Shown: positions 18,049 through 27,962 of the stretch, piece by piece
Position numbering within the stretch: the first letter of the stretch is position 1
Layout of the letters: every line of letters starts with the position of its first letter
From: a virus
Lineage: Duplodnaviria; Caudoviricetes
DNA length: 54,684 bases
Virus record (IMG/VR): IMGVR_UViG_3300036791_000093
Location: 1-54,684 of that record
Direction: 5' to 3' (one strand)
Program-made: the position numbers and the translations under genes
The notes under the pieces: model-generated
Told to the model about the DNA's origin: nothing
The model's input: the letters and a program-made list of their open reading frames with translations, nothing else
The model's database searches: none

Positions 18049-18521
18049 GAATCATCGCGATTGATCCGGGGATAATGACTGGCTACGTCTACGCGGAGCT
18101 TAACGAAACGGCTGGAACAGTTGAATACTACCCATTTCAGATGACAGACGAGGTTGACGATCTGTGGCGTAGACTCATTAAGTTTGAGCCTCGTTATATC
18201 ATCATCGAGGATTTCGAGTTTAGGAGTCGTTCGCGTACCGGCCTTGTTCTTTTCCCTGTTCAGCTAATTGGTGTAACTCGCTTATATGAGCTGGTAGCTG
18301 CGCCGAACGGAAAATGCGCTACTTTTATTCAAAAGGCCGCACAGGGGAAGTCGTACTATACAGACAACATGCTCAAGGCATTGGATCTGTATAAGCGTGG
18401 TGTCCCGCATGGCATGGATGCCTCACGGCATCTCATGCAATGGCTGACGTTTGGCGCGGGATATCAGTACATCCAGGGAAATCAAAAGTTTGCAACTCTG
18501 CTCGATAACTGGGCAGACTAA
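18045..18521 (+). CDS. RuvC-like Holliday junction resolvase
   Basis: IIAIDPGIMTG, IIIEDF, HGMDASRH. Confidence 0.85.
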   Translation: MRIIAIDPGIMTGYVYAELNETAGTVEYYPFQMTDEVDDLWRRLIKFEPRYIIIEDFEFRSRSRTGLVLFPVQLIGVTRLYELVAAPNGKCATFIQKAAQGKSYYTDNMLKALDLYKRGVPHGMDASRHLMQWLTFGAGYQYIQGNQKFATLLDNWAD

Positions 18522-18595
18522 TACAAGGTAGACAGAAAGGAGATGAAGAGAATCTGAGGTAAGCAAGGTCATGTAATCTAACGGGAGGTTAGTCC

Positions 18596-18958
18596 TTGTT
18601 AGCCAAGCTGTCAGTCACCACAACTGTCGTAGTCTTTCTAGCCGTGCTAGGAGGCGCGGCAGGACAAACAGCAACAGCGAAACAGGAGTACCACAACTGG
18701 AGCAGGATGGTTTACAGTTGTGAGGCCAGGGGAATATACAATCCGTGGTATGCCAACACTGGCAACGGATTCTACTTTGGCCCACAGTTCACCCGCTCCA
18801 CATGGCACGTGGAGGGCGGAGGCCCGGTATCAGAAATGGGAGATCGTGGTGGTAGGCCAATGAAATACTACAGCATACCGTACATCATCCAAATCGCAGA
18901 GAACACAATACGCGATCAAGGGTACGGTGCTTGGCCTAACTGTCACGGGTACTTGTAG
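18596..18958 (+). CDS. rpf: Secreted resuscitation-promoting factor (Rpf)-like lytic transglycosylase
   Basis: Signal peptide; SCEA (catalytic Glu), NTGNGFYFGPQFTRSTW..EGG, QIAE...QGYGAWPNC match the Rpf domain consensus. Confidence 0.9.
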   Translation: MLAKLSVTTTVVVFLAVLGGAAGQTATAKQEYHNWSRMVYSCEARGIYNPWYANTGNGFYFGPQFTRSTWHVEGGGPVSEMGDRGGRPMKYYSIPYIIQIAENTIRDQGYGAWPNCHGYL

Positions 18959-18969
18959 TAGTGTAAAGA

Positions 18970-19034
18970 GTTAGAGGGATCGCAGCTCACTTGTAGTGGG
19001 AGAGAGTCACACACAAGGGCGCGATCCCTCTAAC
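18970..19034. terminator. Inverted repeat between the convergent gene arms
   Basis: GTTAGAGGGATCGC / GCGATCCCTCTAAC. Confidence 0.7.
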
Positions 19035-19045
19035 ACTTCACTGAC

Positions 19046-19348
19046 CTATTCGTCGTCGGGTGGTTTTGGCACGCCTGACCAGCCGTGAACAGGCCACGCT
19101 TGATGGGCCTCGGTGACCTTTTCGCTCGTTTCGGTCTTAGTGGTTTTGGTTTCTGTGGATGGTAGACCACTCGGGTTTTCCTCTTCATCGTCATCATATC
19201 TGTCACGCTCCACAAAGAAGCCGTATCGTATTCTCCTAACATTCACGTCGCGGCGGACGAGGCGGTAGGCTAGCACCATCCCAAAGACCACGACGAAAGC
19301 GACTACAATGAACGCCTTGAAATCCCAAACAAACGCCGCACAAAACAT
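19046..19348 (-). CDS. Single-TM membrane protein of the lysis cassette
   Basis: Hydrophobic FIVVAFVVVFGMVLAY; downstream of the holin. Confidence 0.65.
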   Translation of the reverse strand: MFCAAFVWDFKAFIVVAFVVVFGMVLAYRLVRRDVNVRRIRYGFFVERDRYDDDEEENPSGLPSTETKTTKTETSEKVTEAHQAWPVHGWSGVPKPPDDE

Positions 19349-19358
19349 GACCCCCCAT

Positions 19359-19538
19359 TCATTTGTCTTTACCGTTTGGTGGAAGCGAAACGATGATGAT
19401 TGCCACAGCACCTACGATGCCTATCACAGCTAACAGGTCGCTCGGTGTATCACGGTTCAGAACGAGCACGATGATCGCGAGCGTGAGTACAACAACCCCG
19501 CACAGGATCAGATAGACTGTTCGTTTAACCGGATTCAT
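19359..19538 (-). CDS. Putative holin (59 aa, 2 TM; not in ORF track)
   Basis: TGATG overlap with the endolysin stop; MNPVKRTVYLILCGVVVLTLAIIVLVLNRDTPSDLLAVIGIVGAVAIIIVSLPPNGKDK. Confidence 0.75.
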   Translation of the reverse strand: MNPVKRTVYLILCGVVVLTLAIIVLVLNRDTPSDLLAVIGIVGAVAIIIVSLPPNGKDK

Positions 19539-20461
19539 CAGGCTACTCGAACAAACACCGTTCCTTGTGAGTTCTTGTTTCTAGTACGACGCATCACTTC
19601 ACCACCGTTTGAGTTATTGCTGGTTGATGTGTTGCCTTCAATCGCTGTGAAATTCCCGTTGTTGTCTGGCGGATTTTCCACGATTCCTATGTGATCGTAT
19701 TCACCATCCCGATCCCAATCGAAGCAAACCAGATCACCGGGTTTGGGACTTGATACGATCGATAGCCCTCTGTATCCCATGCGTGCATCGCTGACGATAT
19801 AGGGCACATAGGCATAGTACAATCCTTTTGAGAAAGACTTGGTTGGTTGTCCACCGAGTTGATCGCACCATGTGCAGAACATGGCACACCATGGGCCTAC
19901 CATGTTGTACCAGTCTGTGTATTTGCATAGGTTGGAGTCAGGTGGCGATTCCTTGACACCAATTTCTTTCAACGCCTTTGCCAACCGAGCCTGTGCGGGG
20001 GTTTGAGTGGGGGCCGGCGGATCTGGTTCAGGTTCTTTACCACCAAATCTGTCGAATGCAGCATTAATGAATTCTACAGCTCTTGCATCCATAGCTGGTT
20101 CACCAGCATGAGGCAATCCTGCTGGAACTCTGATTGAGCGTAGCGTGTTAAACGTTGGCTCACCGATCCAGCCTGTAGCCTGTACATTCTGTTGACGTTG
20201 GATACCCTCGATACCTGAGTCTTTTACCTGTCCGCCAGCTTTGCCGTGTGAAAATGCGTTATTGAATTCTTGATCGTATGCTTGCCAGGGCCAGCGTCCA
20301 GCTCTACTCACTGTTCGCTTGTATCCTTCGATGTCCGATCCGTCCATCGACGGATTTTTTCCTTGACTTGCGGAGTCAGGTGGGTAACAGGGACGGGGGA
20401 ATCCTTTGACCGCCACCATCGGGCCACCCGGATAACCTTTCTCATACCAGTTAGTACTCAC
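19538..20461 (-). CDS. Endolysin, C-terminal CHAP domain with putative N-terminal peptidoglycan-binding region
   Basis: PWCAMF, PGDLVCFDW, DHIGIV, IEGNT. Confidence 0.9.
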   Translation of the reverse strand: MSTNWYEKGYPGGPMVAVKGFPRPCYPPDSASQGKNPSMDGSDIEGYKRTVSRAGRWPWQAYDQEFNNAFSHGKAGGQVKDSGIEGIQRQQNVQATGWIGEPTFNTLRSIRVPAGLPHAGEPAMDARAVEFINAAFDRFGGKEPEPDPPAPTQTPAQARLAKALKEIGVKESPPDSNLCKYTDWYNMVGPWCAMFCTWCDQLGGQPTKSFSKGLYYAYVPYIVSDARMGYRGLSIVSSPKPGDLVCFDWDRDGEYDHIGIVENPPDNNGNFTAIEGNTSTSNNSNGGEVMRRTRNKNSQGTVFVRVA

Positions 20462-20473
20462 GCTGTCACCGTC

Positions 20474-21763
20474 CTAAAGTTTGATGATGTAAGGCATAAC
20501 GATGTATGCGCCTGAGTCATTAGCCATACCTGCTGCTCCAATCGTTCCATCGATTCCGGGATTAGACGTGGGATTTCCGATTGCTCCGTTGATTGTGGGA
20601 TTCGTCGTTGGATTACCGACCGAACCAGACTTGACCAGAACAGCATTTCCTGTGTTAACAGTCACGCTACCAGACTTGGTAAGAACAGCAGCAGCGGTCT
20701 GAATACCGATACCTGTTCCATTTGCTGCCGTAGTACCACCGATCGCAGCGGAGTTAACACCCAAACTACGGTCTGTATCTGCGGAAGGCTGATCGCCGTT
20801 GTAGAATCCATTTAGACCGAGATACGTGGTATCAACGTAGAGTGATCCTGGGCCGTGGGCATGACCGTTATCGTTGATACCATGACTATGACCTGAATCG
20901 GCAAAGTTGAGACTGTTGGTTACACCGTGAGCATGGCCTGTATCTGCGAAACTAAAGGTATCCGAGTGAACGTGATTAGGCTCGGTGAGCGTGTGAACGT
21001 GAGCATGATTAGGAAGCGTCAACGTGTTGCTATGTGGGTGGCGTGGCCTACGATTGGCAACCGTTGCCATTCCCTCGTTCTTACCAACAGCATTTACATC
21101 TACATGACCAGCGGGAGCAAGACCAACGATGTTTCGTCCCTGAATGTCCGGTACGTTGAATGTCGTTGAGTTATCGCCGGAACCGAATGTTGTGCCAATA
21201 ATCGCGAAGAGATTGGCATAAGTTGTTCTCGAAATTGCCGATCCATCACAGAGTTGCCATCCTGATGGAGCAGCCGAGGTAGGCCACGGCATCATCATTC
21301 CAGTAGAGAACGAGGTAGGCGCCGGAAGTACAGCAGCCACTCGTTTATCGGTAATCTTCTGACTATTGATTGACGCTGCTGCCGCAGGAACCCGCACAGC
21401 GGCCAACACAACGTTATTCGCTGGGATTACTGGGAATACTGGTTGAGCAGCAGCAGTACCGGGAACGGATGTCTTATTGCCGGCGTTGTCTACACAGATG
21501 AGACTGAATCGTGGATTGGATGGATCGGCTGCGGCAATCGTGACATTACCAGCAGTCACGGCAACCTGTGTTCCTGCGACAGCCACAGTACCTCCGGCAA
21601 CTGCAACTGTCATGTTAGGAGTACCTTGCGCTGTAACCGCGCAACCAGACACAACTCCGTTTCCTGAGAACGCAGCGACAAGGATCGAGAAGTCTACGGA
21701 GTCAGGCTGTGCCTGGGATACATCTTCTGCGTTCGCAGCATTCGGAATCGTGAACGGCATCAT
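20474..21763 (-). CDS. Tail fibre with tail-collar domain and His-x-His tip motifs
   Basis: PSGWQLCDGSAISRTTYANLFAIIGTTFG...TFNVPD; repeated HxH; ends MPYIIKL. Confidence 0.9.
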   Translation of the reverse strand: MMPFTIPNAANAEDVSQAQPDSVDFSILVAAFSGNGVVSGCAVTAQGTPNMTVAVAGGTVAVAGTQVAVTAGNVTIAAADPSNPRFSLICVDNAGNKTSVPGTAAAQPVFPVIPANNVVLAAVRVPAAAASINSQKITDKRVAAVLPAPTSFSTGMMMPWPTSAAPSGWQLCDGSAISRTTYANLFAIIGTTFGSGDNSTTFNVPDIQGRNIVGLAPAGHVDVNAVGKNEGMATVANRRPRHPHSNTLTLPNHAHVHTLTEPNHVHSDTFSFADTGHAHGVTNSLNFADSGHSHGINDNGHAHGPGSLYVDTTYLGLNGFYNGDQPSADTDRSLGVNSAAIGGTTAANGTGIGIQTAAAVLTKSGSVTVNTGNAVLVKSGSVGNPTTNPTINGAIGNPTSNPGIDGTIGAAGMANDSGAYIVMPYIIKL

Positions 21764-21769
21764 CCCCTC

Positions 21770-22345
21770 CTAGATAACAAGCCTTAGTGCGTCCGGTGGA
21801 GTACCACGCAGAGCTGAACCTCCACCTATTGTGAAAGCTTTCTGTCCTGAGTAGGTAAAGTAGTTCATCACGAGTCCCGCTGGTTTCTGTGTGAGTAGAG
21901 CTGCACGTGCTTTGTTGATATCTACGGTTTCAGAGGCCAGTGTGTAAACCTCGAAATGATATGGACTAGTATCTCTCTCCTTGACCACGATTGTCTGCGA
22001 ACCAGTCAAAAGAGGTTTAACGGCAGCTTCAAGAGCAGCAACAGTTCCCCGTTTCCAGTTACCAAGACCAATTAGTTGCACTCGTTGATCTGCATCAGAT
22101 AAACCGGACGTGATCGTGACACCTACAAATTGTCCCAACCAAGGAATTCCCTCAGTCGGGACTCTATCTGGATCTACGAGAATGCTGTATCCTGGTGATC
22201 CATCATCTCCATCACTAGCCCAATCTTCTACTTCCTGAAACAGTGGATCAGCAAGTGATCTGAGATAGGTGTCCAGTGATCCATCATCGTCATAGAACAT
22301 AGGTTGCAACATTGCAACCAAGCTGTCTGCGAATGACTCAGGCAT
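21770..22345 (-). CDS. Baseplate wedge protein (P2 gpI-like)
   Basis: PWLGQFVGV, KRGT..AL, KPAG; follows baseplate J. Confidence 0.85.
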   Translation of the reverse strand: MPESFADSLVAMLQPMFYDDDGSLDTYLRSLADPLFQEVEDWASDGDDGSPGYSILVDPDRVPTEGIPWLGQFVGVTITSGLSDADQRVQLIGLGNWKRGTVAALEAAVKPLLTGSQTIVVKERDTSPYHFEVYTLASETVDINKARAALLTQKPAGLVMNYFTYSGQKAFTIGGGSALRGTPPDALRLVI

Positions 22346-23495
22346 GAGTTATCGTGATAGTTCCGACTGTTGTAAGAGCAGCCGGAGTAGTAAGTGGTAC
22401 ATCGGCTGTGCCGCCGTTCACGGTTAGGCTAATTACTCTGGCAACTCCGGTAACATTGGAAATCATGGTGATGATTTCGTTGTAATAAACTGTGGGAGTT
22501 TCAACCCAAGTTGCGTCGTTAACCTGTTGCTGGAAACCCCAGTTCTGAGGATCGAGATAATTGTGAATGGCTCCCGTGATTGCGCTTTCTACAGCGGCAT
22601 CAGTGTAGCCATCTGCATTATGAACTTGAGTCGTGATGTTGATTGTAGTATAGTGAGGATCAATCACGTTGACGATGAAATTGATTTCTCTATTAGACTG
22701 GAGATAGGAATCAATTGCCGTTTTGGCTGCTGCTGAAACTGGTTGGCCTTGACTAGTTATTGCAGCTATGGCCACCATTCTTTCGTTGTTATATGTACTG
22801 TCTGCTGGATTGTATCCATCGATGGCAACAGCTCTAGCAACTTCTGTGCTGGCATCCAAAGTCATTGATGCATAATCCGCCGGAAGAATGGGTCTTTGCG
22901 AAAGATTCTGCAATTTTCTTGTTAGCCTATCGAGATACACGGCATCAGTCTCGTCATCAATTCCACCAGCAGTCGGAGCCGTGAGCGTGATTGAGTTTAC
23001 CCAATCCAAGACATCGATCAGATCCACAACTGATCCTGGTGCTCCGAGATTGGAACCGGCCGAACCGGGTGTGACAGCGTTAATCAAAACTTGTCCGTTG
23101 CTTGTAGCTGTATTTCCCTGAGGAACAGACACATCATTGGCTACCTGAAATGGAATCGTGTTTCCGAGCGAGTCTGAGATTCCCACAATTGTTCCGGCTG
23201 GAATAGTATATCCGTTACCATCGATGAGTGCCCATGTAGTTTGGCCCGTTGCTGAGACAGCATTGATTGGCTGCAAACCCATGAGATTTGCGCCAAACCA
23301 ACGAAAGATGTCGTCCTGAACATCACCGGCGATACTGCGATTTGATGCCGCCAAAGCAGTAACAGCACGGATGATCCATACTTCGAGATTTCCCTCTTGA
23401 GGCGACCAGTTGGGAGCTTGGTTAATGATGTAACTGAATACATCATTAGCCAAGTTTACTGGATCTGTCTCAATAGGGATTCTGATGTAGGTCAT
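22338..23495 (-). CDS. Baseplate J-like protein
   Basis: IPAGT, GSAGSN, GGIDDETD..YLDR, ADY. Confidence 0.9.
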   Translation of the reverse strand: MTYIRIPIETDPVNLANDVFSYIINQAPNWSPQEGNLEVWIIRAVTALAASNRSIAGDVQDDIFRWFGANLMGLQPINAVSATGQTTWALIDGNGYTIPAGTIVGISDSLGNTIPFQVANDVSVPQGNTATSNGQVLINAVTPGSAGSNLGAPGSVVDLIDVLDWVNSITLTAPTAGGIDDETDAVYLDRLTRKLQNLSQRPILPADYASMTLDASTEVARAVAIDGYNPADSTYNNERMVAIAAITSQGQPVSAAAKTAIDSYLQSNREINFIVNVIDPHYTTINITTQVHNADGYTDAAVESAITGAIHNYLDPQNWGFQQQVNDATWVETPTVYYNEIITMISNVTGVARVISLTVNGGTADVPLTTPAALTTVGTITITHA

Positions 23496-24514
23496 AGAGT
23501 CACCAAACCTTCTGAATTATCGGTGGTCTGAGCCGTCGAAACATCTGGGGGCTGGCTGATCTGGATTGTGATTCTATCGATGAGTGCGTCATACTGATCC
23601 GGTCGCTCGGCCATCACTATGTCAGCTCTGGGTTCTTGTGAAGTAATTACGTCTGTGAAGAGTTGAGCAAGAACAGGCTGTGGCATGAGTTCGACGTGCG
23701 GGAATCCGAACGAAAGATTGTCTTGTCTGAATCCAACAGGAGTGCGGACAATAGCTTCCACGCAATTGGCAATTTCTTCAAAAGTATTTTGTTCGACCAC
23801 AGCAGCACCCTGTTGAAGATAATGACCAACATTTCCTGTGACGTAGTGATGTTCAATTTCAACTTGAGTCATGGCATAATCATACACAGCCACTTCATCG
23901 ATGTAGCCCTTCCACCAGTAGAGATTATTTTGCGCTCCGACGATGAAATTGCTCGCCATATTTACTGTTCCAGGAGATTTTCCCACAGTAGCACTAGGCA
24001 CACCGTTCAAATAGATGGTACATAGTCCATTATCGAAAACCCAGACAACATGATACTTTTTATTAGCAGCTATGATTCCACCAATACCTGGACCAAAGTT
24101 GCCATTACTTGTAATGAATGAGCTGGTTAAAGCTCCGGTTGAATCGATATATATTTGTTGTCCGTTGTTATACCATACAACTGCAAAATTGCCCGGAAGA
24201 GCATCTGGTTGTATCCACGCTTCCACTGTGGCATATGACATGGCATTGCTCAACCACGGTGTAGCAGTTCCCTTACCACTTGTGCCGTCAAAGTGCAATC
24301 CTTGGTCTGCGGGATCGTTGATGAGCGAGCCTGATCCAGAAACTCCCCCTGTAAACGTTAGAGGATGATTACGATTGGATGAATCGAGTCCTGGGTTAGC
24401 AGACAAAAATCTCCAATATGCTTGTGGATTGGCATCCAAAATCATGTCCTTATAAAGAACAATTCCAGACGGGTTGCTGAATCTAAATGGTATGTCGAAG
24501 TGTGGGGCTTGCAT
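23492..24514 (-). CDS. Baseplate gp25/W-like protein with inserted LamG (ConA-like) domain
   Basis: PHFDIPFRF N-terminus and EIANCVEAIVRTPVGFR..FG C-terminus flank AYWRF...TVEAWI...HVVWV...IDEVAVY. Confidence 0.75.
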   Translation of the reverse strand: MQAPHFDIPFRFSNPSGIVLYKDMILDANPQAYWRFLSANPGLDSSNRNHPLTFTGGVSGSGSLINDPADQGLHFDGTSGKGTATPWLSNAMSYATVEAWIQPDALPGNFAVVWYNNGQQIYIDSTGALTSSFITSNGNFGPGIGGIIAANKKYHVVWVFDNGLCTIYLNGVPSATVGKSPGTVNMASNFIVGAQNNLYWWKGYIDEVAVYDYAMTQVEIEHHYVTGNVGHYLQQGAAVVEQNTFEEIANCVEAIVRTPVGFRQDNLSFGFPHVELMPQPVLAQLFTDVITSQEPRADIVMAERPDQYDALIDRITIQISQPPDVSTAQTTDNSEGLVTL

Positions 24515-24517
24515 GAT

Positions 24518-24736
24518 TTAACCGATGCTTCTCGGTGCAGGCGGTTCAGTAGGCACACCCGCAGGGAATCCGGCGGGTGCAACAGTCATGCTTCCTGCCG
24601 TAGCAGAAACCGATACTGTTACGGTATCCAGCTCCGAATCACCGCCGATAGCCGTAAGAATAGCCGCAGCCATATCAGATGCGGTTTTCATGAGTGTCTC
24701 GTTCTGATTCGTGTTGATCTGGACATTCACGTTCAT
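24518..24736 (-). CDS. Hypothetical protein
   Basis: ATGA coupling within the tail operon. Confidence 0.6.
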   Translation of the reverse strand: MNVNVQINTNQNETLMKTASDMAAAILTAIGGDSELDTVTVSVSATAGSMTVAPAGFPAGVPTEPPAPRSIG

Positions 24737-24945
24737 CTTAGCCTCCCTTCACTTGGCATGATAACCCTGCCATCTAGTTGATTTGTCGGCTCTTCGATCT
24801 TGAACTCATCCGCAAACTTCCTGAGTCCATCAAGGCCGAACACGGCCGTCGGCTCCTGTGCTTGAAGCTCGCGAACAACAACGCCATCGTCGTCCACTTC
24901 TTGAATCACAGCAACGACGAGAAACTTGTACGGTCTGTATTCCAT
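24733..24945 (-). CDS. Hypothetical protein
   Basis: AGGAGG RBS. Confidence 0.7.
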   Translation of the reverse strand: MEYRPYKFLVVAVIQEVDDDGVVVRELQAQEPTAVFGLDGLRKFADEFKIEEPTNQLDGRVIMPSEGRLR

Positions 24946-24953
24946 GTTCCTCC

Positions 24954-27900
24954 TTACTGGTCTGCATAGAAGCTGACACCAGTTAGTGAAACCCAGATAC
25001 TACCAGATGCTATACCACTAGTTACAGTTCCGTCTGTATTGACACGCCACGTTTCGGCTGGTTGAGCACCCGAAAGAGAAGTCGCAGTTTGGAAAATCAT
25101 ATTTATCGTGGGTCGATAACCAACCGGAAGTGTAAATGCTGTCGTGCCTGCGGCAGCATATGTAGTCCACGATGTCAGTCCTCTCAATACGACAAGTCCG
25201 CTAGACAACTTCCGATAACTACATGGCCCGTACGGAGCGGAATAATCGGTAATGCCAGCAGCCCACCCGAGTGATGCAATTGATAGCCAAGCACCATCGG
25301 GACTAGCCGTTACTCTCACCCATGCCTGGAATGTTCCACCAGCTTGCTGACGCATCCACACTTCTTCTTTGTCATTGCCAGTGAGTAAGTAGGCAACTTG
25401 AACGGCATAACCCGCGCCCCAACTAATGACCTGCAAATAAATTTGTGAGTTTATTGTGCTAGGTGGACTATTAGTAACGCTATTGCCGAGATACCATCCT
25501 GTCGCTGTTGCTAAGTTCAAGTCTGTGATTTGTCCAGAAACTCCCGCAAGCCGCGCAGGAGAAACTATATCACTTGCTGAGAAAGTGCCATCTGTCTTGA
25601 GTGCGCCCGCTGCTGTGCGGTACAGGGTCGTATCGGATGCGGCGTTGCCCGGCCCCCATTGCATCACACCGTTGGCTTGTATGTACCAGTACCAGTTACT
25701 ACCTCCATCGACGTTGGTTGCTAACGCAACACCGGCAGCAGTTGCCGAAGGTGTAAGTATCAAAGCAGCATTTGCGGTGAACACCCGTGCGCTGTTGCGA
25801 GAGAGATATGTATCGAGTGCAGCGTTACCAGGCCCGAAATAGAGAACTGCATCGTTACGAAGGAAAACACGCGGTTGTGTGTCACCAGTTGCGAGTGTTT
25901 TAAATCCCCAGCCGGTGAGTGCTCCCTCCGACTGGATAGACCCAATGAAAGAAATCTGGCTCGCCGCCGAGCGCCACATATAGGCGTCCCCAGCGGTAGA
26001 GTATCCGATGTAGAGGTAAGCGCCGACGAGAACGTTGGAAGTCGCGTTGAAAGATCCGTCTGTCCTAAGAAGGCCAGCACCATTGCGATATAGATTTGTG
26101 TCTATGGTGGTGCCGTCGCTCCATTGAAGATATCCGTCTGTACGTTGCAAGAACCGTGGTTGTGATTCTCCTGAAACTTGTGAATACGAGGCATAGTCAG
26201 TCGCGTTGACCTTGTAGTGAAAGATTCCGAGACTAGTCTGTTGATAAGCTGGGTAAATCGTGCCCTGCGTGACGAACGAGCTATTTGTCGTAAGCTGACT
26301 GACACCACTACGAAAAAGATTCGTATCTATTCCTGCTGTACCTGGCCCCCAACCCATCGTTCCAATAACGTTCATCTGGAACCGATTATTGGCATCACCA
26401 GCATCAGAAGAAAAGGCTGTGTCTCCTGTCGCAGCCCCTCTGAAGATTAGCCAAGAATTAGTGAGCAAACCTTTTGCGAACACACGCTGGATATACGAAT
26501 CTGTTCCAGCGGTGCCTGGCCCAAACCGGAGGGAACTGTCATTCACTATCTGCGCGCGTGCCCAACCATCTCCACCCTGGATAACAGTGACATCTCCGTT
26601 ACCACCACTAAGTCCGTCACCCGCCCAGAAACGTCCATGTGTCCATAGCCAGTTTGCCGCATAACGATAGAGACTTGTGTCTACTCCGGTTGCTCCACCC
26701 GGCCCCCAGTTAAGAGCGCCGTTACTACCTGCGATGTAAAAGATTGAGTTAGCATCGGTCTTGTTGAGGAACATTGCGAATGTCCCAGCGCCACGCATCC
26801 AGAAATTGCCATCAGTCTGTAGCTGATTTGCCGCACCACGGTAGAGATTTGTGTCGGGTGCGGTTGCTCCGCCTGGCCCCCAATCAAACTCACCACTACC
26901 AAGAACACGCCAAGCCGGTTGAGCATCAGTGGCGACATACTTGTTAGCAATGATCCGTGTTGCAGCAGCAATAGTTGTATCAGCGGGGAGGATTCCTGAT
27001 CCAGTTGCACCTGTTGGGCCTTGTGGGCCTGTTGGGCCTATTGGGCCTTGTGGGCCAGTTAGATTTCCTTGAAGTGTCCATGTACTTGTAGCAGTTTTTT
27101 GGTAGTAAGCACCAGTCGTTGTGTTGATGTACCAGTCACCCACAACTCCTGTACCAGCGGCGGGAGCAGTAGTTCCTTGATACCAAACAGAACCCGGTGT
27201 ACCTGCTGGGCCTTGTGGGCCTGTAGCACCAGTATTACCTATTGGCCCTTGTGGGCCTTGCGGGCCTGTACCACCTGCTGCACCAGTTGGGCCTGGTGGG
27301 CCAGTTGCACCTGGTGGGCCTTGTGGGCCTGGTGCGCCTGGTACACGAACAACAACCGACGTATCGCGGTTGTTTAGCGGGATGATGCCACCCGAATCTA
27401 CGAGTGTAACAGTCCAATATCCCCAAGTACCTTGATCTTGAAAGGCGCCAGTAACTGTGTAATGAGCATACTTTGTTGCGTCTGCTTGATCTTGGAGATA
27501 AACCGTATCGTCAGGTTGGATTTGTGTCAAAACATTAGTAACATCAGTACCTGCTTTATTCGTCTTGCTGATTTGAATCCGAGTAGCAACTCCCCATGAA
27601 GCTGCATTAAGGTTTATATCACCACTGTTTGTTGGTTGTGCTTTAGTTGTCCAGTTCCAGGTTCCTGTAATGATAGCGCCACCACCGCCACCAGAACCGC
27701 CATCTGGATTTGCGGGCCACCACATCACCACCCACATCTCGTGATTATCATCTACAACAACGACACATTCGTCGCCACGCTGCGGAACAGTTGAGTCAGT
27801 CCTGGTTACCCATTTGCAATCTTCCCATCTAACCGTATCATCCAAATTGGGGATGACAACCGAAATGAGTTCGCTTGAGTCAGTAGGAGCAGTAGCAACC

Positions 27901-27962
27901 CAGCCGCCCCAAATGCGCTGATAGGGTTGCAGAACGTCTACCTCATCATTCAAGTATGTCAT
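24954..27962 (-). CDS. Baseplate spike/fibre protein with collagen-like and WGPG..DT.LYR repeats
   Basis: N-terminal gpV/gp5 OB-like [13 protein letters not shown]; G-X-Y runs; about eight repeats; C-terminal GLVVLRG...FTLPVGYRP fibre tip. Confidence 0.8.
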   Translation of the reverse strand: MTYLNDEVDVLQPYQRIWGGWVATAPTDSSELISVVIPNLDDTVRWEDCKWVTRTDSTVPQRGDECVVVVDDNHEMWVVMWWPANPDGGSGGGGGAIITGTWNWTTKAQPTNSGDINLNAASWGVATRIQISKTNKAGTDVTNVLTQIQPDDTVYLQDQADATKYAHYTVTGAFQDQGTWGYWTVTLVDSGGIIPLNNRDTSVVVRVPGAPGPQGPPGATGPPGPTGAAGGTGPQGPQGPIGNTGATGPQGPAGTPGSVWYQGTTAPAAGTGVVGDWYINTTTGAYYQKTATSTWTLQGNLTGPQGPIGPTGPQGPTGATGSGILPADTTIAAATRIIANKYVATDAQPAWRVLGSGEFDWGPGGATAPDTNLYRGAANQLQTDGNFWMRGAGTFAMFLNKTDANSIFYIAGSNGALNWGPGGATGVDTSLYRYAANWLWTHGRFWAGDGLSGGNGDVTVIQGGDGWARAQIVNDSSLRFGPGTAGTDSYIQRVFAKGLLTNSWLIFRGAATGDTAFSSDAGDANNRFQMNVIGTMGWGPGTAGIDTNLFRSGVSQLTTNSSFVTQGTIYPAYQQTSLGIFHYKVNATDYASYSQVSGESQPRFLQRTDGYLQWSDGTTIDTNLYRNGAGLLRTDGSFNATSNVLVGAYLYIGYSTAGDAYMWRSAASQISFIGSIQSEGALTGWGFKTLATGDTQPRVFLRNDAVLYFGPGNAALDTYLSRNSARVFTANAALILTPSATAAGVALATNVDGGSNWYWYIQANGVMQWGPGNAASDTTLYRTAAGALKTDGTFSASDIVSPARLAGVSGQITDLNLATATGWYLGNSVTNSPPSTINSQIYLQVISWGAGYAVQVAYLLTGNDKEEVWMRQQAGGTFQAWVRVTASPDGAWLSIASLGWAAGITDYSAPYGPCSYRKLSSGLVVLRGLTSWTTYAAAGTTAFTLPVGYRPTINMIFQTATSLSGAQPAETWRVNTDGTVTSGIASGSIWVSLTGVSFYADQ

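Noticed and set aside
24954-27962. Diversity-generating retroelement target or repeat array
   Set aside because: No reverse transcriptase and no TR/VR pair seen; the DNA repeats reflect collagen and protein repeats.
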